This document shows positions 18,855 through 32,119 of a stretch of DNA of 64,000 nt, in pieces (positions within the stretch are counted from its first letter, which is position 1; each line of letters begins with the position of its first letter). The position numbers were made by a program, and so were the translations under genes. The notes under the pieces are model-generated. The model was given only the letters and a program-made list of their open reading frames with translations. It was not told where the DNA came from and made no database searches. The DNA is from Syntrophales bacterium (GTDB taxonomy: Bacteria; Desulfobacterota; Syntrophia; Syntrophales; UBA2210): assembly GCA_963666365.2 (NCBI GenBank), contig CAXXNF010000001.1, positions 1,280,001 to 1,344,000 on the forward strand, read 5' to 3'.

Positions 18855-19820
18855 CTAATAGGCCTGACCCTTTAATTCGTCGACATAGAGTTCCGCCTCG
18901 TGAGCCGCGGTGGCGCCGTCGCCACAGGCGGTTACTATCTGTCTCAGGGATTTGACGATACAATCGCCGCAGGCAAAAATGCCTTCTTCCGAGGTCTTCA
19001 TCGCGTTGTCGGCGATAATATAACCATTCTTATCGACGTTGACAACCCCCTGCACAAAATCGGTAATCGGATCGAGGCCGATAAACACAAACACGCCGTC
19101 AACAGGGATTTTCTTAATCTCATCGTAACAATTGATGTTTCTTACTCGTACACCGGTCACATACTCCTGTCCTTCTACCGCATCGACTTCGGAATCCCAG
19201 GCGAAATCGATCTTTTCGTTTGCAAAGGCCCGCTTTTGAAGAATATCGGCGGCCCGAAGACGGTCCCTGCGATGGATGATCGTCACTTTATCCGCAAATT
19301 TTGTGAGAAATATCGCCTCCTGCACCGCCGTATCTCCCCCGCCGACCACTGCAACGTTTCTGTTTCGATAAAAGGGGCCGTCGCAGGTGGCACAGTAGGA
19401 GATTCCTTTTCCGATGAAGTCCTCTTCTCCCGGCACCCCGAGGGAACGCCATTTGGCGCCGGTGGCGACAATCACCGCAAGGGCCTGGTATTCGGCCCCA
19501 TCGGTTACTATCTTCCACCCCGGATATTCTCCGATCCGAATTTTTTCAATGGAGTGCGCCTCTTCTGCTTTGGCGGTCGCACCGAAACCGAGGGCCTGTG
19601 TTCTTAGACGGTCATGCAGTTCAAATCCGCTCACATCGGGAACTCCCGGATAATTTTCGATTAAATCGGTAATCGTAATCTGACTGACCGTCACCTTTCC
19701 CTCTAAAATAACGGTTTTCATACCGGCCCGCGAGGCGTAAAGCGCCGCCGTCAATCCTGCCGGTCCTCCCCCGATTATTACAAGATCCTGTGCCGAATCG
19801 GGCATCACTATCGCTGTCAT
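18855..19820 (-). CDS. trxB: Thioredoxin-disulfide reductase
   Basis: GGGPAG, CATCDG, GGGDTA, HRRD. Confidence 0.95.
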   Translation of the reverse strand: MTAIVMPDSAQDLVIIGGGPAGLTAALYASRAGMKTVILEGKVTVSQITITDLIENYPGVPDVSGFELHDRLRTQALGFGATAKAEEAHSIEKIRIGEYPGWKIVTDGAEYQALAVIVATGAKWRSLGVPGEEDFIGKGISYCATCDGPFYRNRNVAVVGGGDTAVQEAIFLTKFADKVTIIHRRDRLRAADILQKRAFANEKIDFAWDSEVDAVEGQEYVTGVRVRNINCYDEIKKIPVDGVFVFIGLDPITDFVQGVVNVDKNGYIIADNAMKTSEEGIFACGDCIVKSLRQIVTACGDGATAAHEAELYVDELKGQAY

Positions 19821-19912
19821 AGTACTCCTCCTTTGTCGTTGTATACACTATATAACTATAGGGCAGGGGGCGTCTGCAGTGCACAGGGTCATCAGCGGCC
19901 GCCTGCCGTCCC

Positions 19913-21355
19913 TTATCCCTTAATGCAGCCGAGGGATCTCAGACGGGCCACTTTCCGCGACAGACCGCTTGCCTGCACTATCCGCACTACCTCGTCGATG
20001 TCCTTGTATGCCTCGGGAATCTCTTCGTGAAGCGTGCTTTTGCCCGCAGCCATCACCACGACGCCGCGTTGTGCCATATCCCGGGCAATCGATCTTCCCT
20101 TACTCACCTTTTTTGCCATCGTCCGGCTCATGACGCGCCCGGCGCCGTGAGCGGTGCTGCCGAAGCTTTCTGAAAAGGCGCGCTCCGTCCCGACGAGCAC
20201 ATAGGAACCTGTGCCCATATCACCGGGGATCAAGACGGGCTGACCCACAGACCGATACCGCACAGGAAGATCGGGATGTCCCGGCGGATAGGCCCTGGTG
20301 GCGCCTTTCCGATGCACACAGACCCGCCTGCGGACTCCTTCGACCGGAAGGTCCTCCATCTTTGCAATGTTGTGACATATGTCGTAGACGAGCCTCAGGC
20401 CTACATCACGGGGAGAACATTGCAACACCCTCTGAAGGGTTTCACTGGTCCAGTGCATTAGAAGCTGACGGTTCGCCCAGGCATAGTTTGCCGCACAGGC
20501 CATGGCTGCAAGGTAATCCCGCCCTTCGGGGGATTCGATATAGGCGCAGGCCAGCTGGCGATCGGGCAGTGCAAAATCGAGGCGCCCCATCCCCTTGACC
20601 ATGCGAGCCAGGTAATCGTCGCATATCTGGTATCCGAGGCCCCGTGATCCCGAATGGATCATTATCACTATCTGCTCCGCCTCGAGGCCGAATACCTCCG
20701 CAACGTGGGGATCGTAAATCTTCTCCACCATTTCTATCTCAAGGAAATGATTGCCCGAACCGAGGGTGCCCAATTGCCGACGCCCCCGCTCAAGAGCCCG
20801 TTCACTTACACAGCCGGGATCGGCGCCCTTCATGCACCCGCCGTCTTCCGTCGATTCCATATCCTGCTCAGTTCCAAATCCTCTGTCCACTGCCCATTGC
20901 GTCCCTTCCCGCAGCACCTTTTTTTCTTCGGCAACGGAAAGCGCAACTGGGCCCGTGGATCCCACTCCGCTGGGGATTTCACGGAAAAGCCCACCGACCA
21001 GATCCTCCAGCCTGTCAGTGATGTCATGGAGGCACAGCTTCGTTGCGACAAGTCTGACCCCGCAGTTAATATCATAGCCGACGCCGCCGGGAGATATCAC
21101 GCCTTCGACGACGTCGAAGGCAGCCACCCCGCCGATGGGAAACCCGTAGCCCCAGTGCATGTCAGGCATGGCCAGGGAGTATCCAAGTATTCCCGGCAGG
21201 TGTGCCACCTGCGCCACCTGTTTCGGACTCTCGTCCCTTTTCAGGACCTTCATGGTCCGATCGCTTCCGTAGATCATGCCGGGGACGCGCATCCCCCCTA
21301 CAGGTGGAATAATCCACCGATTTTCATCAATTTTTTCAATCCGCACTTCAGACAT
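19913..21355 (-). CDS. rtcB: RtcB RNA ligase (archaeal/eukaryote-like long form)
   Basis: PDMHWGYGFPIGG, GYDINCG, GNHFLE, HSGSRG, HRKGAT, HGAGR. Confidence 0.95.
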   Translation of the reverse strand: MSEVRIEKIDENRWIIPPVGGMRVPGMIYGSDRTMKVLKRDESPKQVAQVAHLPGILGYSLAMPDMHWGYGFPIGGVAAFDVVEGVISPGGVGYDINCGVRLVATKLCLHDITDRLEDLVGGLFREIPSGVGSTGPVALSVAEEKKVLREGTQWAVDRGFGTEQDMESTEDGGCMKGADPGCVSERALERGRRQLGTLGSGNHFLEIEMVEKIYDPHVAEVFGLEAEQIVIMIHSGSRGLGYQICDDYLARMVKGMGRLDFALPDRQLACAYIESPEGRDYLAAMACAANYAWANRQLLMHWTSETLQRVLQCSPRDVGLRLVYDICHNIAKMEDLPVEGVRRRVCVHRKGATRAYPPGHPDLPVRYRSVGQPVLIPGDMGTGSYVLVGTERAFSESFGSTAHGAGRVMSRTMAKKVSKGRSIARDMAQRGVVVMAAGKSTLHEEIPEAYKDIDEVVRIVQASGLSRKVARLRSLGCIKG

Positions 21356-21767
21356 CGAGGATCACTCTCCCTCTCCACCCTTCTTTCGACTCGTTCACTT
21401 CCGCACGGTGGTAGGTGACGGCTTTGATTTCTTTTCTTACCTCATGCCGTGAGGGGTCAAATCCCTCCCCCTCGACGCGGCACCGGAGCTGTCCTCCTTC
21501 GATTTCGATAGACGAAATCCTGTTGATAAAAAACCACTCACCTTCAATCAGATACAAAAGTTCTCGCAGAAAATTGACCAGAAGCACTGCCCTGTCTTCA
21601 CCCTCGACCTCCAGGGACCGCCGTTCTTTTACGGTGACGGAGGTTCTCTCCGTAATAAGATCGACAAGGGCGTAGGCTGCGTTGGTGAAAAAAACCCGCT
21701 CGTTCTCACCCACTATCTCCAGTCCCACATCAGCGGTATGGTCAAAGAGCCGGTATGTTGTGCCCAT
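21348..21767 (-). CDS. Archease
   Basis: DHTAD, IKAVTYH, C-terminal ILDV; overlaps the rtcB start. Confidence 0.92.
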   Translation of the reverse strand: MGTTYRLFDHTADVGLEIVGENERVFFTNAAYALVDLITERTSVTVKERRSLEVEGEDRAVLLVNFLRELLYLIEGEWFFINRISSIEIEGGQLRCRVEGEGFDPSRHEVRKEIKAVTYHRAEVNESKEGWRGRVILDV

Positions 21768-21821
21768 CGTCGGTTCCTTTTTCTTCAGTCTAGTAGTAAC
21801 GCCGTTCTTTGGCAAGTCAAA

Positions 21822-22574
21822 TCACAACAGCGGTTTCACGCACAGATAGAGGGCAATTAATGCCGTAGCCACCTGCATGACGCGATCGAACAGCCGTTGC
21901 GGTATGCGGTGTACTGCGGCAACACCGAGCAGCGCACCGATTACGATAAAGGGGGCCATGGCGAGATTGGTCAGAAGAGAGGCGGAGGTGATGAGATCAA
22001 GTTTGGAACTGAACGGCATTTTTGAAAGATTGAGAAGCAGGAAAAAGACGGCCGCCGTCCCTATAAAATTTTCCTTATCCAGTTTCATCGACAGGAGATA
22101 GATCACCATAATGGGACCGGCGGCATTTGCCAGCATGCTGGTTGTTCCCGCCATAATGCCCATGATGGCCGCAAACCACCAGTTATGGGGTATGCGAGCG
22201 CCGTAGTCCGGTCTGCTTTGCTGCCAGAAATGCATAGAGACCAAAAAAAGGACGATGGCACCGATCTCGGGCATAAGGAACTGATCGGTAATGCGTCCAA
22301 GCCATAAAAAACCGAGATACACCCCTATAAGCGTCCAGGGCATGAGGCGGATGAGCTTTGGCCAATCGGCGTGCCGCCTCCAATAGAGTGTTGCCGTGAT
22401 GTCGCCGATGCTCAACATGGGGAGCAGAAATCCTGTCGATTCGCGGGCCGGCATGATGGCGGCAAGAAGGGGCACAATCAGGGCGCCGGCGCCCATAATT
22501 CCCGCTTTGGAAAAACCTATCATCATGGCACAGCAGATAATAATAACCCAGCTGACTGCATCGAAGTGGAGCAT
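21822..22574 (-). CDS. TauE/SafE (TSUP) family membrane transporter
   Basis: Eight hydrophobic segments, GFSKAG, ANAAGP. Confidence 0.85.
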   Translation of the reverse strand: MLHFDAVSWVIIICCAMMIGFSKAGIMGAGALIVPLLAAIMPARESTGFLLPMLSIGDITATLYWRRHADWPKLIRLMPWTLIGVYLGFLWLGRITDQFLMPEIGAIVLFLVSMHFWQQSRPDYGARIPHNWWFAAIMGIMAGTTSMLANAAGPIMVIYLLSMKLDKENFIGTAAVFFLLLNLSKMPFSSKLDLITSASLLTNLAMAPFIVIGALLGVAAVHRIPQRLFDRVMQVATALIALYLCVKPLL

Positions 22575-22585
22575 GGAATACCTTT

Positions 22586-22622
22586 AAAAAAAGATCCTCC
22601 CGTGCAGGATAGACACGGGAGG
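22586..22622 (-). terminator. Rho-independent terminator after gyrA
   Basis: CCTCCCGTG/CACGGGAGG stem followed by a T-run on the minus strand. Confidence 0.7.
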
Positions 22623-22659
22623 TTAATTGCAGTGATACTAATGTCGCCTATAGCGGTGC

Positions 22660-25179
22660 TTATTCCGAAGGCTCCGTGGACGAGTCATCATCGAACAACG
22701 CCGTTTGTATCTCCTGTTCAAAGATCTCCGCTATGGCGGATGCCTCCGATCCTTCCTCCCGTTCCACCCGGGCAAGGCCGACCAGCCGCTCATCGTCGTC
22801 AATCTCTATCAACTTGACTCCCTGGGTGCTCCGGTGAAGAAGTGGAATTTCCGAAGTATTCAACCGTATGATTTTACCGGTATTGCTGATCAGCACGACG
22901 TCCTCCTCACCGGATACCTGCAGTATCTTGGTGACAAAGCCCACACGGGGCGTCGTTTTCAGGTTGATGATGCCCTTGCCGCCCCGCGACTGCAGCCGGT
23001 ACTCCGTCACGTCGGTTCGTTTACCATAGCCGTTTTCCGAAATGGTAAGAATTGAATTCCCGTCGGTGACAATTTCCATTCCCACGACTTCGTCGTTCTT
23101 TTTCATTCTTATGCCGGTTACACCCCGTGCGGTCCGTCCAATGCCTCTCACATCGGTCTCCTTGAAACGAATGGAATTCCCCTGTCGCGTACCGAGAAAC
23201 ACTTCCTGATCGCCGTCTGTCTGATCCACTTCAATCAGTTCATCTTCTTCATCGAGGGTGATGGCAATAATGCCTCCCGCTCTGGGACGAGAATAGGCGG
23301 TGAGTTCCGTCTTTTTGACCACGCCGCGTCGTGTTCCCATTACAATGTACTTGCCTTCTTCAAAATTTCGGACGGGAAGTACTGCGGTGATGCGTTCACC
23401 GCTTTCGAGCCCGATGAGATTGACGACCGCCTTGCCTTTTGCAAGCCGTCCCGCTTGGGGGATCTGGTAAATTTTCAGCCAGTGCACACGGCCCCTGTTG
23501 GTGAAAAAGAGAATGAGACTGTGGCTTGAGGCGATAAAGATGCGTTCGACAAAATCGTCTTCCTTCGTCCCCATTCCCATCTTTCCCTTTCCGCCTCTAT
23601 GCTGACTGGTATAGAGACTGACGGGATTGCGCTTAATGTACCCCTGATGCGATATGGTCACGACCATATCCTCCTCGACAATCATGTCCTCAATGTCGAT
23701 GTCCTCGCTTTCATGTACGATTTCCGTTCTCCGCGGATCGCCGAATCGCTTTTTCAGATCCTCAAGTTCATCAATTATAATCGCTTTGACTTTTCCAGAA
23801 TCCGCAAGTATGCCTTCCAGCTCAGACACAAGGGCCGTGACTTCACGGTGCTCATCCCTTATTTTATCCTGCTCGAGACCGGTGAGGCGCTGCAGGCGCA
23901 TATCGAGAATTGCCTTTGCCTGAATCTCGCTTAGTCCGAATTGCGCTATCAGTGCATCAGCGGCTTCTTTCGGACCTTTCGATGCCTTGATAAGGGCGAT
24001 GATTTCATCAATGTGGCTAAGGGCCGTCAGAAGACCTTCAAGGATATGAAGTCGTTCGCGTGCTTTTCTCAGATCAAAGCGGGTTCTTCTGATCACCACT
24101 TCCGTTCTGAACTCAACAAACGTATCAAGGTAGTCTTTCAGATTGAACAGGCGCGGCTGTCCCCGGTCGATGGCAAGCATAATGATGCCAAAACTGGATT
24201 CCATCTGCGTTTGCTTGTAGAGTTGATTGAGAATGATGCTTGACGCCTCGTCCCGTTTCAGATCGATGACAATTCTCATGCCTTCACGGTCGGATTCGTC
24301 TCTCAGATCGGCAATACCGCTTATTTTCTTTTCCTTGACCAGTTCCGATATCTTTTCGATCAGCGAGGCCTTGTTGACCATGTAGGGAATTTCTGTGACC
24401 ACAATGCTTTCCCTGTCGTTTCGCGCCTTCCGTTCAATAATGGCGCGAGCCTTCATTCTGATGATTCCCCGTCCCGTTTTGTAGGCGGATACGATTCCCG
24501 ACCGACCGTTGATAAAGCCGGCGGTGGGCAAATCCGGCCCCTGGATGAATTGCATGAGACCCTCTATGGTTATGTGGGGATTGCGAATAAGCGCGATAAT
24601 GCCGTCACAGAGTTCTCCCAGGTTATGCGGGGGAATATTGGTGGTCACACCCACGGCAATGCCCGATGAACCGTTTAAAAGCAAGTCAGGTATTTTGGCG
24701 GGTAACACCATGGGTTCCGTGAGCGATTCGTCGTAATTCGGCTGAAAATCGACTGTCTCCTTATCGAGATCGGCAAGCATCTCCTCAGCAATACGGGCCA
24801 TCCGCACCTCTGTGTACCTCATGGCGGCCGGCGGATCGCCGTCGACGGACCCGAAGTTTCCCTGGCCGTCGATCAGGGGATAGCGCATCGAAAAGTCCTG
24901 TGCCATACGCACTATCGTGTCATAGGCGGCCGAATCGCCGTGAGGGTGGTATTTACCGATAATGTCGCCGACGATACGGGCCGATTTCTTATAGGGCCGG
25001 TTCCAGCGATTCCCCAGTTCGGACATGGCAAAAAGCGCCCGTCTGTGAACCGGTTTCAAACCGTCTCTCACATCGGGAATCGCCCGTCCTATGATGACGC
25101 TCATGGCGTAATCAACATAGGACTTTTTCATTTCATCTTCTATATTGACTGGTAAATTTCGTTGTCGAAGCTGATCCAT
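22660..25179 (-). CDS. gyrA: DNA gyrase subunit A
   Basis: YHPHGD, AAMRYTE, GyrA box QHRGGKG. Confidence 0.98.
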   Translation of the reverse strand: MDQLRQRNLPVNIEDEMKKSYVDYAMSVIIGRAIPDVRDGLKPVHRRALFAMSELGNRWNRPYKKSARIVGDIIGKYHPHGDSAAYDTIVRMAQDFSMRYPLIDGQGNFGSVDGDPPAAMRYTEVRMARIAEEMLADLDKETVDFQPNYDESLTEPMVLPAKIPDLLLNGSSGIAVGVTTNIPPHNLGELCDGIIALIRNPHITIEGLMQFIQGPDLPTAGFINGRSGIVSAYKTGRGIIRMKARAIIERKARNDRESIVVTEIPYMVNKASLIEKISELVKEKKISGIADLRDESDREGMRIVIDLKRDEASSIILNQLYKQTQMESSFGIIMLAIDRGQPRLFNLKDYLDTFVEFRTEVVIRRTRFDLRKARERLHILEGLLTALSHIDEIIALIKASKGPKEAADALIAQFGLSEIQAKAILDMRLQRLTGLEQDKIRDEHREVTALVSELEGILADSGKVKAIIIDELEDLKKRFGDPRRTEIVHESEDIDIEDMIVEEDMVVTISHQGYIKRNPVSLYTSQHRGGKGKMGMGTKEDDFVERIFIASSHSLILFFTNRGRVHWLKIYQIPQAGRLAKGKAVVNLIGLESGERITAVLPVRNFEEGKYIVMGTRRGVVKKTELTAYSRPRAGGIIAITLDEEDELIEVDQTDGDQEVFLGTRQGNSIRFKETDVRGIGRTARGVTGIRMKKNDEVVGMEIVTDGNSILTISENGYGKRTDVTEYRLQSRGGKGIINLKTTPRVGFVTKILQVSGEEDVVLISNTGKIIRLNTSEIPLLHRSTQGVKLIEIDDDERLVGLARVEREEGSEASAIAEIFEQEIQTALFDDDSSTEPSE

Positions 25180-25287
25180 TCTTTCTTCATCCTCCTGACA
25201 AAAAGAGGGGCCGGGCGTTCCATTGCGTGATTGTCCTGAAGGCTGCGCCGACCCCGAAAGGGTGCATTACACCCCGATCCTCAATCG

Positions 25288-27705
<2,418 letters not shown>

Positions 27706-28823
27706 TTACTCCTTTCCCAACTTAATCGGCATTACGACACAGCAATATGCGTCGGTTCCCGCTGCCCTGATAACACCGGGTCCTTCATTACTCCTCATCT
27801 CAAAAGAAATCAACTCTTCCTCTATTACCTCAATTGCATCAATAAGATACCGCACATTGTATCCGACGGTCATCGGCGACTCTCTATAGTCCACTTCAAT
27901 TTCATCGTTCGCCTCGCCCACATCGGGATTAATTGAGTTCAATGTCATTTTACCATCGGTCAGATGAATCTTTACGCCATTGAACATTTCAGTGGACATA
28001 ACGCTCATCCTTCTCAGCGAATGCAGCATCGTGTTCCTATCCACCTTCACGATTGTTCCCCCATCCTTCGGTATCACCTTTCCATAGTCAGGATATGAGG
28101 CGTCGATGAGACTTACCCTGAGAGTGACGCCGTCCCTTTTCACGATACAGACATGATTTGAAATACCAAACTTAATGGAGTCAGCTTCTTCCTCCACTAA
28201 TCGTCGTATCTCATTGATACCCTTTTTCGGTATAATTATCCCCTCCACATCCCTGTCTGAGGGTTCAGAAAGCGCAATCTCCTGGGTAATCATCGCCAAC
28301 CTGTGCCCGTCTGTGGCCACCATTTCCATTTTCTTTCCCTTTTTGAGAAAATAGGCCCCATTCATACGGTCCTCATATCGTCCGTTGACATGGCAAAATA
28401 GGTTTTTCCCACCATTTCTTTCATAAGGCGACAGGGAAAAGAAAAAAAGGACACGTCCTCATCTTCACGCACTTCAGGAAAGTCGTCCGCCGTGATGCCC
28501 GGAATTCGATAATGCACCTTATCACAGGTAATGGACACCCAATTGTTAGGATTTGTTTTAAAATTAACGGTGTCGCCTTCCATTTCGCGCACCATTTCAT
28601 ATAATTTTCTTGCCGCCACGGTAATATCGCCAGGCTCTGTTATGCGGGCATCGTAATCGGCAATAAGTCCAATCTCCCGGTCGGTTGCCACCACACGAAT
28701 TTTACCGTCTCTTGCCTGAATGAGAATATTATTCAGGATTGCGATAGTAGTCTTTCGCTCTACTATTCCAAGCGTCTTTTGCACTGCTTCCTGAAGTATG
28801 CCTCGATCAACAGTAAATTCCAT
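27706..28823 (-). CDS. dnaN: DNA polymerase III beta clamp, split by an apparent 1-nt frameshift near 28365
   Basis: Two ORFs (153 + 219 aa) carry consecutive DnaN motifs (ATDREI, ATDGHRL, VVMPIK) between dnaA and gyrB. Confidence 0.92.
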
Positions 28824-28952
28824 TTTATCACCTTAAGTTTTTCTAAATTAATATAATCAGTAATAGTAATAAGAACTGTGAATTTGTGCACTGTTACTGA
28901 AAAACACTTATTTTTACTTTCTTATTGACCACACCATCCTGTGGGCAACCTG
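28824..28952. other. Probable oriC unwinding region: AT-rich stretch, DnaA-trios and degenerate DnaA boxes
   Basis: CAGTAATAGTAATAAG (28858-28873), then TGTGAATTT (28877) and TGTGCACTG (28885); TGTGGGCAA at 28940. Confidence 0.75.
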
Positions 28953-30296
28953 TTAACCCCTTGTTTGCAGTTTCTCTTCAATTTCCTCTATTGCTTTTTT
29001 TATTTCAAAGTCCTTTGCTATCACCTTCTTGATCTTATTGTTTGCATAAATCACGGTCGAATGATCGCGACCTCCTATTTTCGTTCCTATGTCGGGAAAG
29101 GAGCAATCCGTGAGTTTGCGTGCAAGAAACATCGAAATCTGGCGTGATAATACAAGATCTTTGTTTTTTTTCTGTGATTTGATATCGGCGACTTTGACGC
29201 CGAATTTCACTGCCACGGTCTTTACAATGTCTTCTATTGAGACATTCTGTTTTTGCACATGCTTTAAAAGCTTCCTTATTATGTCTTTTACATTGTCTAT
29301 GGTGATTTCACTTCCCGTTAATGAAGCATATGCCGCGATTCTTGTGAGTATTCCTTCCAGCTCCCTTATGTTTGAGTCCGCCACCGATGCGATATAGTGA
29401 ATGACATCACTGGACAATGCAATTGTGTTTTCGGCGGCCTTTTTTTCGATGATAGCGATTCTTGTTTCTATTTCAGGAGGTTGTATATCGGCAATCAATC
29501 CCCATTCAAAACGGGAACGGAGACGCGCCTCAAGGTTTTGAATTTCTTTTGGAAATTTATCACTTGTGACCACAATTTGTTTTCCCGAATCGTGGAGGGT
29601 GTTGAAGGTGTGGAAGAACTCCTCCTGTGTTCTCTCCTTGCCGGCAATGAATTGTATGTCATCAATGAGAAGGGAATCGATTTTGCGGTATTTTTCTCTG
29701 AATTCCGGCATTTTGTCGTAACGGATCGAGTTGATAAGTTCATTCATAAACTCTTCAGCTGAGACGTAGAGCACATTTTTCTTAGGATACAATATCGTGG
29801 TAAGAAGTCCGATGGCATTGATAAGATGTGTTTTTCCCAGTCCAACGCCTCCGTATATAAAGAGAGGATTGTAGTTATGCGCAGGGTGTTCGGCGACGGA
29901 TCGAGCAGCCGCATGGGCAAACTGGTTTGAAGCACCGACGATGAAGCGTTCGAAGTTGTAGTTCAGGTTCAGGGACGAATGAGTGCGCTGCACAGTGACG
30001 TTCTGATCAGATGCCGCCACAGTAGTGTTTTCAGGTGGTTCGGCAGGTATCGGTTCGGATTTTTGAATGATGAAATTTACTGAAACAGGGGCGCCTGCGA
30101 CATTGGACACCGCTTCGCTGATGACGGTAAAATAATTTTCAACGAGCCAGTCACGAAAAAATTTATTCGGTACCGATAAACCGGCGCGACTCTCCTCAAG
30201 AGAGACAATTTTGATCGGTTTAATCCAGGTATCAAAATTCTGTTTACTAACTTTTTCTTTAATAATTTTAGTACTTTCAGACCAAATAGCTTCCAC
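28953..30296 (-). CDS. dnaA: Chromosomal replication initiator DnaA
   Basis: YNPLFIYGGVGLGKTHL, QEEFFHTFN, GGRDHSTV. Confidence 0.98.
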   Translation of the reverse strand: MEAIWSESTKIIKEKVSKQNFDTWIKPIKIVSLEESRAGLSVPNKFFRDWLVENYFTVISEAVSNVAGAPVSVNFIIQKSEPIPAEPPENTTVAASDQNVTVQRTHSSLNLNYNFERFIVGASNQFAHAAARSVAEHPAHNYNPLFIYGGVGLGKTHLINAIGLLTTILYPKKNVLYVSAEEFMNELINSIRYDKMPEFREKYRKIDSLLIDDIQFIAGKERTQEEFFHTFNTLHDSGKQIVVTSDKFPKEIQNLEARLRSRFEWGLIADIQPPEIETRIAIIEKKAAENTIALSSDVIHYIASVADSNIRELEGILTRIAAYASLTGSEITIDNVKDIIRKLLKHVQKQNVSIEDIVKTVAVKFGVKVADIKSQKKNKDLVLSRQISMFLARKLTDCSFPDIGTKIGGRDHSTVIYANNKIKKVIAKDFEIKKAIEEIEEKLQTRG

Positions 30297-30308
30297 GTCC
30301 CCGCAATC

Positions 30309-30350
30309 CTATAAACAATATTATAAACACCTGTTGATAAGTGTTTACGA
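30309..30350. promoter_or_regulatory. DnaA-box cluster upstream of dnaA
   Basis: CTATAAACA (30309), TTATAAACA (30321), TGTTGATAA (30332), TGTTTACGA (30342) versus consensus TTATNCACA. Confidence 0.7.
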
Positions 30351-30385
30351 GACCTTGTGCCCTGTTGTGTTCCTGTGCGATCCTC

Positions 30386-31243
30386 TTACCCATCCGAAGC
30401 ATTTAGAATGTAGTGTGCCAGTCTGCTGAGCTCGTCCTGGGAAAGATACCGGATTTCGATAGCACCCCCGCGTTTTTTTTCTTTTATACTGACCCGCGTC
30501 ATCATCTTTTCCGAAAGTATATTCTCAAGATTCTTTATATTTTGATCTTTGTTCCGCACGATGCTTCCGTGATCAGATTTAGACGTTTTTTTTACTTCCC
30601 TTTCGGTTTCTCTCACACTCAGTTTTTTTCGTATGATTTCTCTGAGCAGTTGTTTCTGCAACTGTGCGGAATCAAGAGACAGAAGCGCCCTCGCATGTCC
30701 TGACGATATGGCCTTTCCTGTAATTGCGTCCTTTACTTCCTGAGGGAGTTTCAATAAACGTAAAGAGTTGGCAATAGTTGATCGATCCTTCCCGACACGC
30801 AGGGCGATTTCTTCCTGGGAAAGGTGAAACGTGTGAAGCAGCGTATTGTAGGCTTCCGATTCTTCTATGGGATTTAATTCTTCGCGCTGAATATTTTCTA
30901 TAAGTGACAGCTCAGCCAAATCGATATCCCGGGCCTCTCTTACAATAACGGGCACTTCCTGCAGTCCCGCATCCTGGGCAGCTCTCCAACGGCGCTCTCC
31001 TGCAATAATTTCATAGCCCGAATCCGATCTTCTTACGATAATCGGCTGAATGATTCCGTTCTTCTTTATTGAGGCCACGAGGTTTTTGATTTCTGTTCCG
31101 TCAAAAGAGCGTCTCGGCTGAAACTGGTTCGGTCGCAATTCTTCAATGCCGCACATCACGAAGGAGGATCTTGACGGTTTGTTTTCAACAAGGTCGGTGA
31201 ATATAGCACCGAGACCCTTGCCCAAGGCGTTCCTCTTTACCAT
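30386..31243 (-). CDS. parB: Chromosome partitioning protein ParB
   Basis: ALGKGLGA, QPR, GERRWRA, ENIQREELNPIEE, HTH. Confidence 0.96.
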   Translation of the reverse strand: MVKRNALGKGLGAIFTDLVENKPSRSSFVMCGIEELRPNQFQPRRSFDGTEIKNLVASIKKNGIIQPIIVRRSDSGYEIIAGERRWRAAQDAGLQEVPVIVREARDIDLAELSLIENIQREELNPIEESEAYNTLLHTFHLSQEEIALRVGKDRSTIANSLRLLKLPQEVKDAITGKAISSGHARALLSLDSAQLQKQLLREIIRKKLSVRETEREVKKTSKSDHGSIVRNKDQNIKNLENILSEKMMTRVSIKEKKRGGAIEIRYLSQDELSRLAHYILNASDG

Positions 31244-32014
31244 TTACATTCTCCCATTGGCGAGAATTTCCTGAGCGAAACTCATGTACGAGATTGCCCC
31301 ACGAGAATTAACGTCATATTGAATAATCGGCAATCCGTGACTCGGACATTCGGAAAGCCTGACGTTTCTCGGGATAATAGTGTTAAACACGTTTCGACCG
31401 AAATATTTCTTCACCTCTTCCGCGACACGGTGGGAAATGCGATTGCGCGTATCAAACATGGTCAGGAGTATTCCCGCCAGCGAAAGAGATGGATTCAGCC
31501 GTGTTTGAACCAGCTTGACCGTGTTAAGCAGTTGACCAAGCCCCTCGAGCGCAAAATATTCGCACTGAAGGGGAACAATGACACTGTCGGATGCAACGAG
31601 AGAATTTACGGTCAAAAACCCCAAGGATGGAGGACAATCGATTATAATAAAATCGTATTCTTTGTCAATGTTTTTCAAAAGCTCCTTCAGCTTCTTTTCA
31701 CGATCCTTCAGTGACACAAATTCCACCTCAACACCGATAAGATCCTGGCTTGAAGGAATGATATCGAAACGCTCCACGGCAGTATTCAGTATCACCTCGC
31801 AGGGAGGAATCCGTCCGATAAGTGTGTGGTACAGGTTGCGGTCCTTCACTTTTTCTTTTTCAATTCCTGAACCGCTGGTTGCGTTTCCCTGAGGATCGCA
31901 GTCGATAAGAAGGGTGCATTTCTCCGCGGCCGCAAGTGAAGCCGACAGGTTTATGGCAGTCGTGGTTTTACCGACCCCTCCTTTTTGGTTGGCAACGCAT
32001 ATGACTTTTCTCAC
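31244..32014 (-). CDS. parA: Chromosome partitioning ATPase ParA/Soj
   Basis: NQKGGVGKTTT, DPQGN, DCPPSLG. Confidence 0.96.
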   Translation of the reverse strand: MRKVICVANQKGGVGKTTTAINLSASLAAAEKCTLLIDCDPQGNATSGSGIEKEKVKDRNLYHTLIGRIPPCEVILNTAVERFDIIPSSQDLIGVEVEFVSLKDREKKLKELLKNIDKEYDFIIIDCPPSLGFLTVNSLVASDSVIVPLQCEYFALEGLGQLLNTVKLVQTRLNPSLSLAGILLTMFDTRNRISHRVAEEVKKYFGRNVFNTIIPRNVRLSECPSHGLPIIQYDVNSRGAISYMSFAQEILANGRM

Positions 32015-32119
32015 AGTATCAAAACAAATCTTTCATGTGGATTTAGGGTGCGAATTTGAGCTATGATGCTAACACAAAAAAAGGAAGAAGAGAAGGTGTA
32101 ATTTTCCCGGTTGCCTCTC

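Noticed and set aside
32029..32044. parS-like TCTTTCATGTGGATTT upstream of parA
   Set aside because: Too many mismatches and not palindromic
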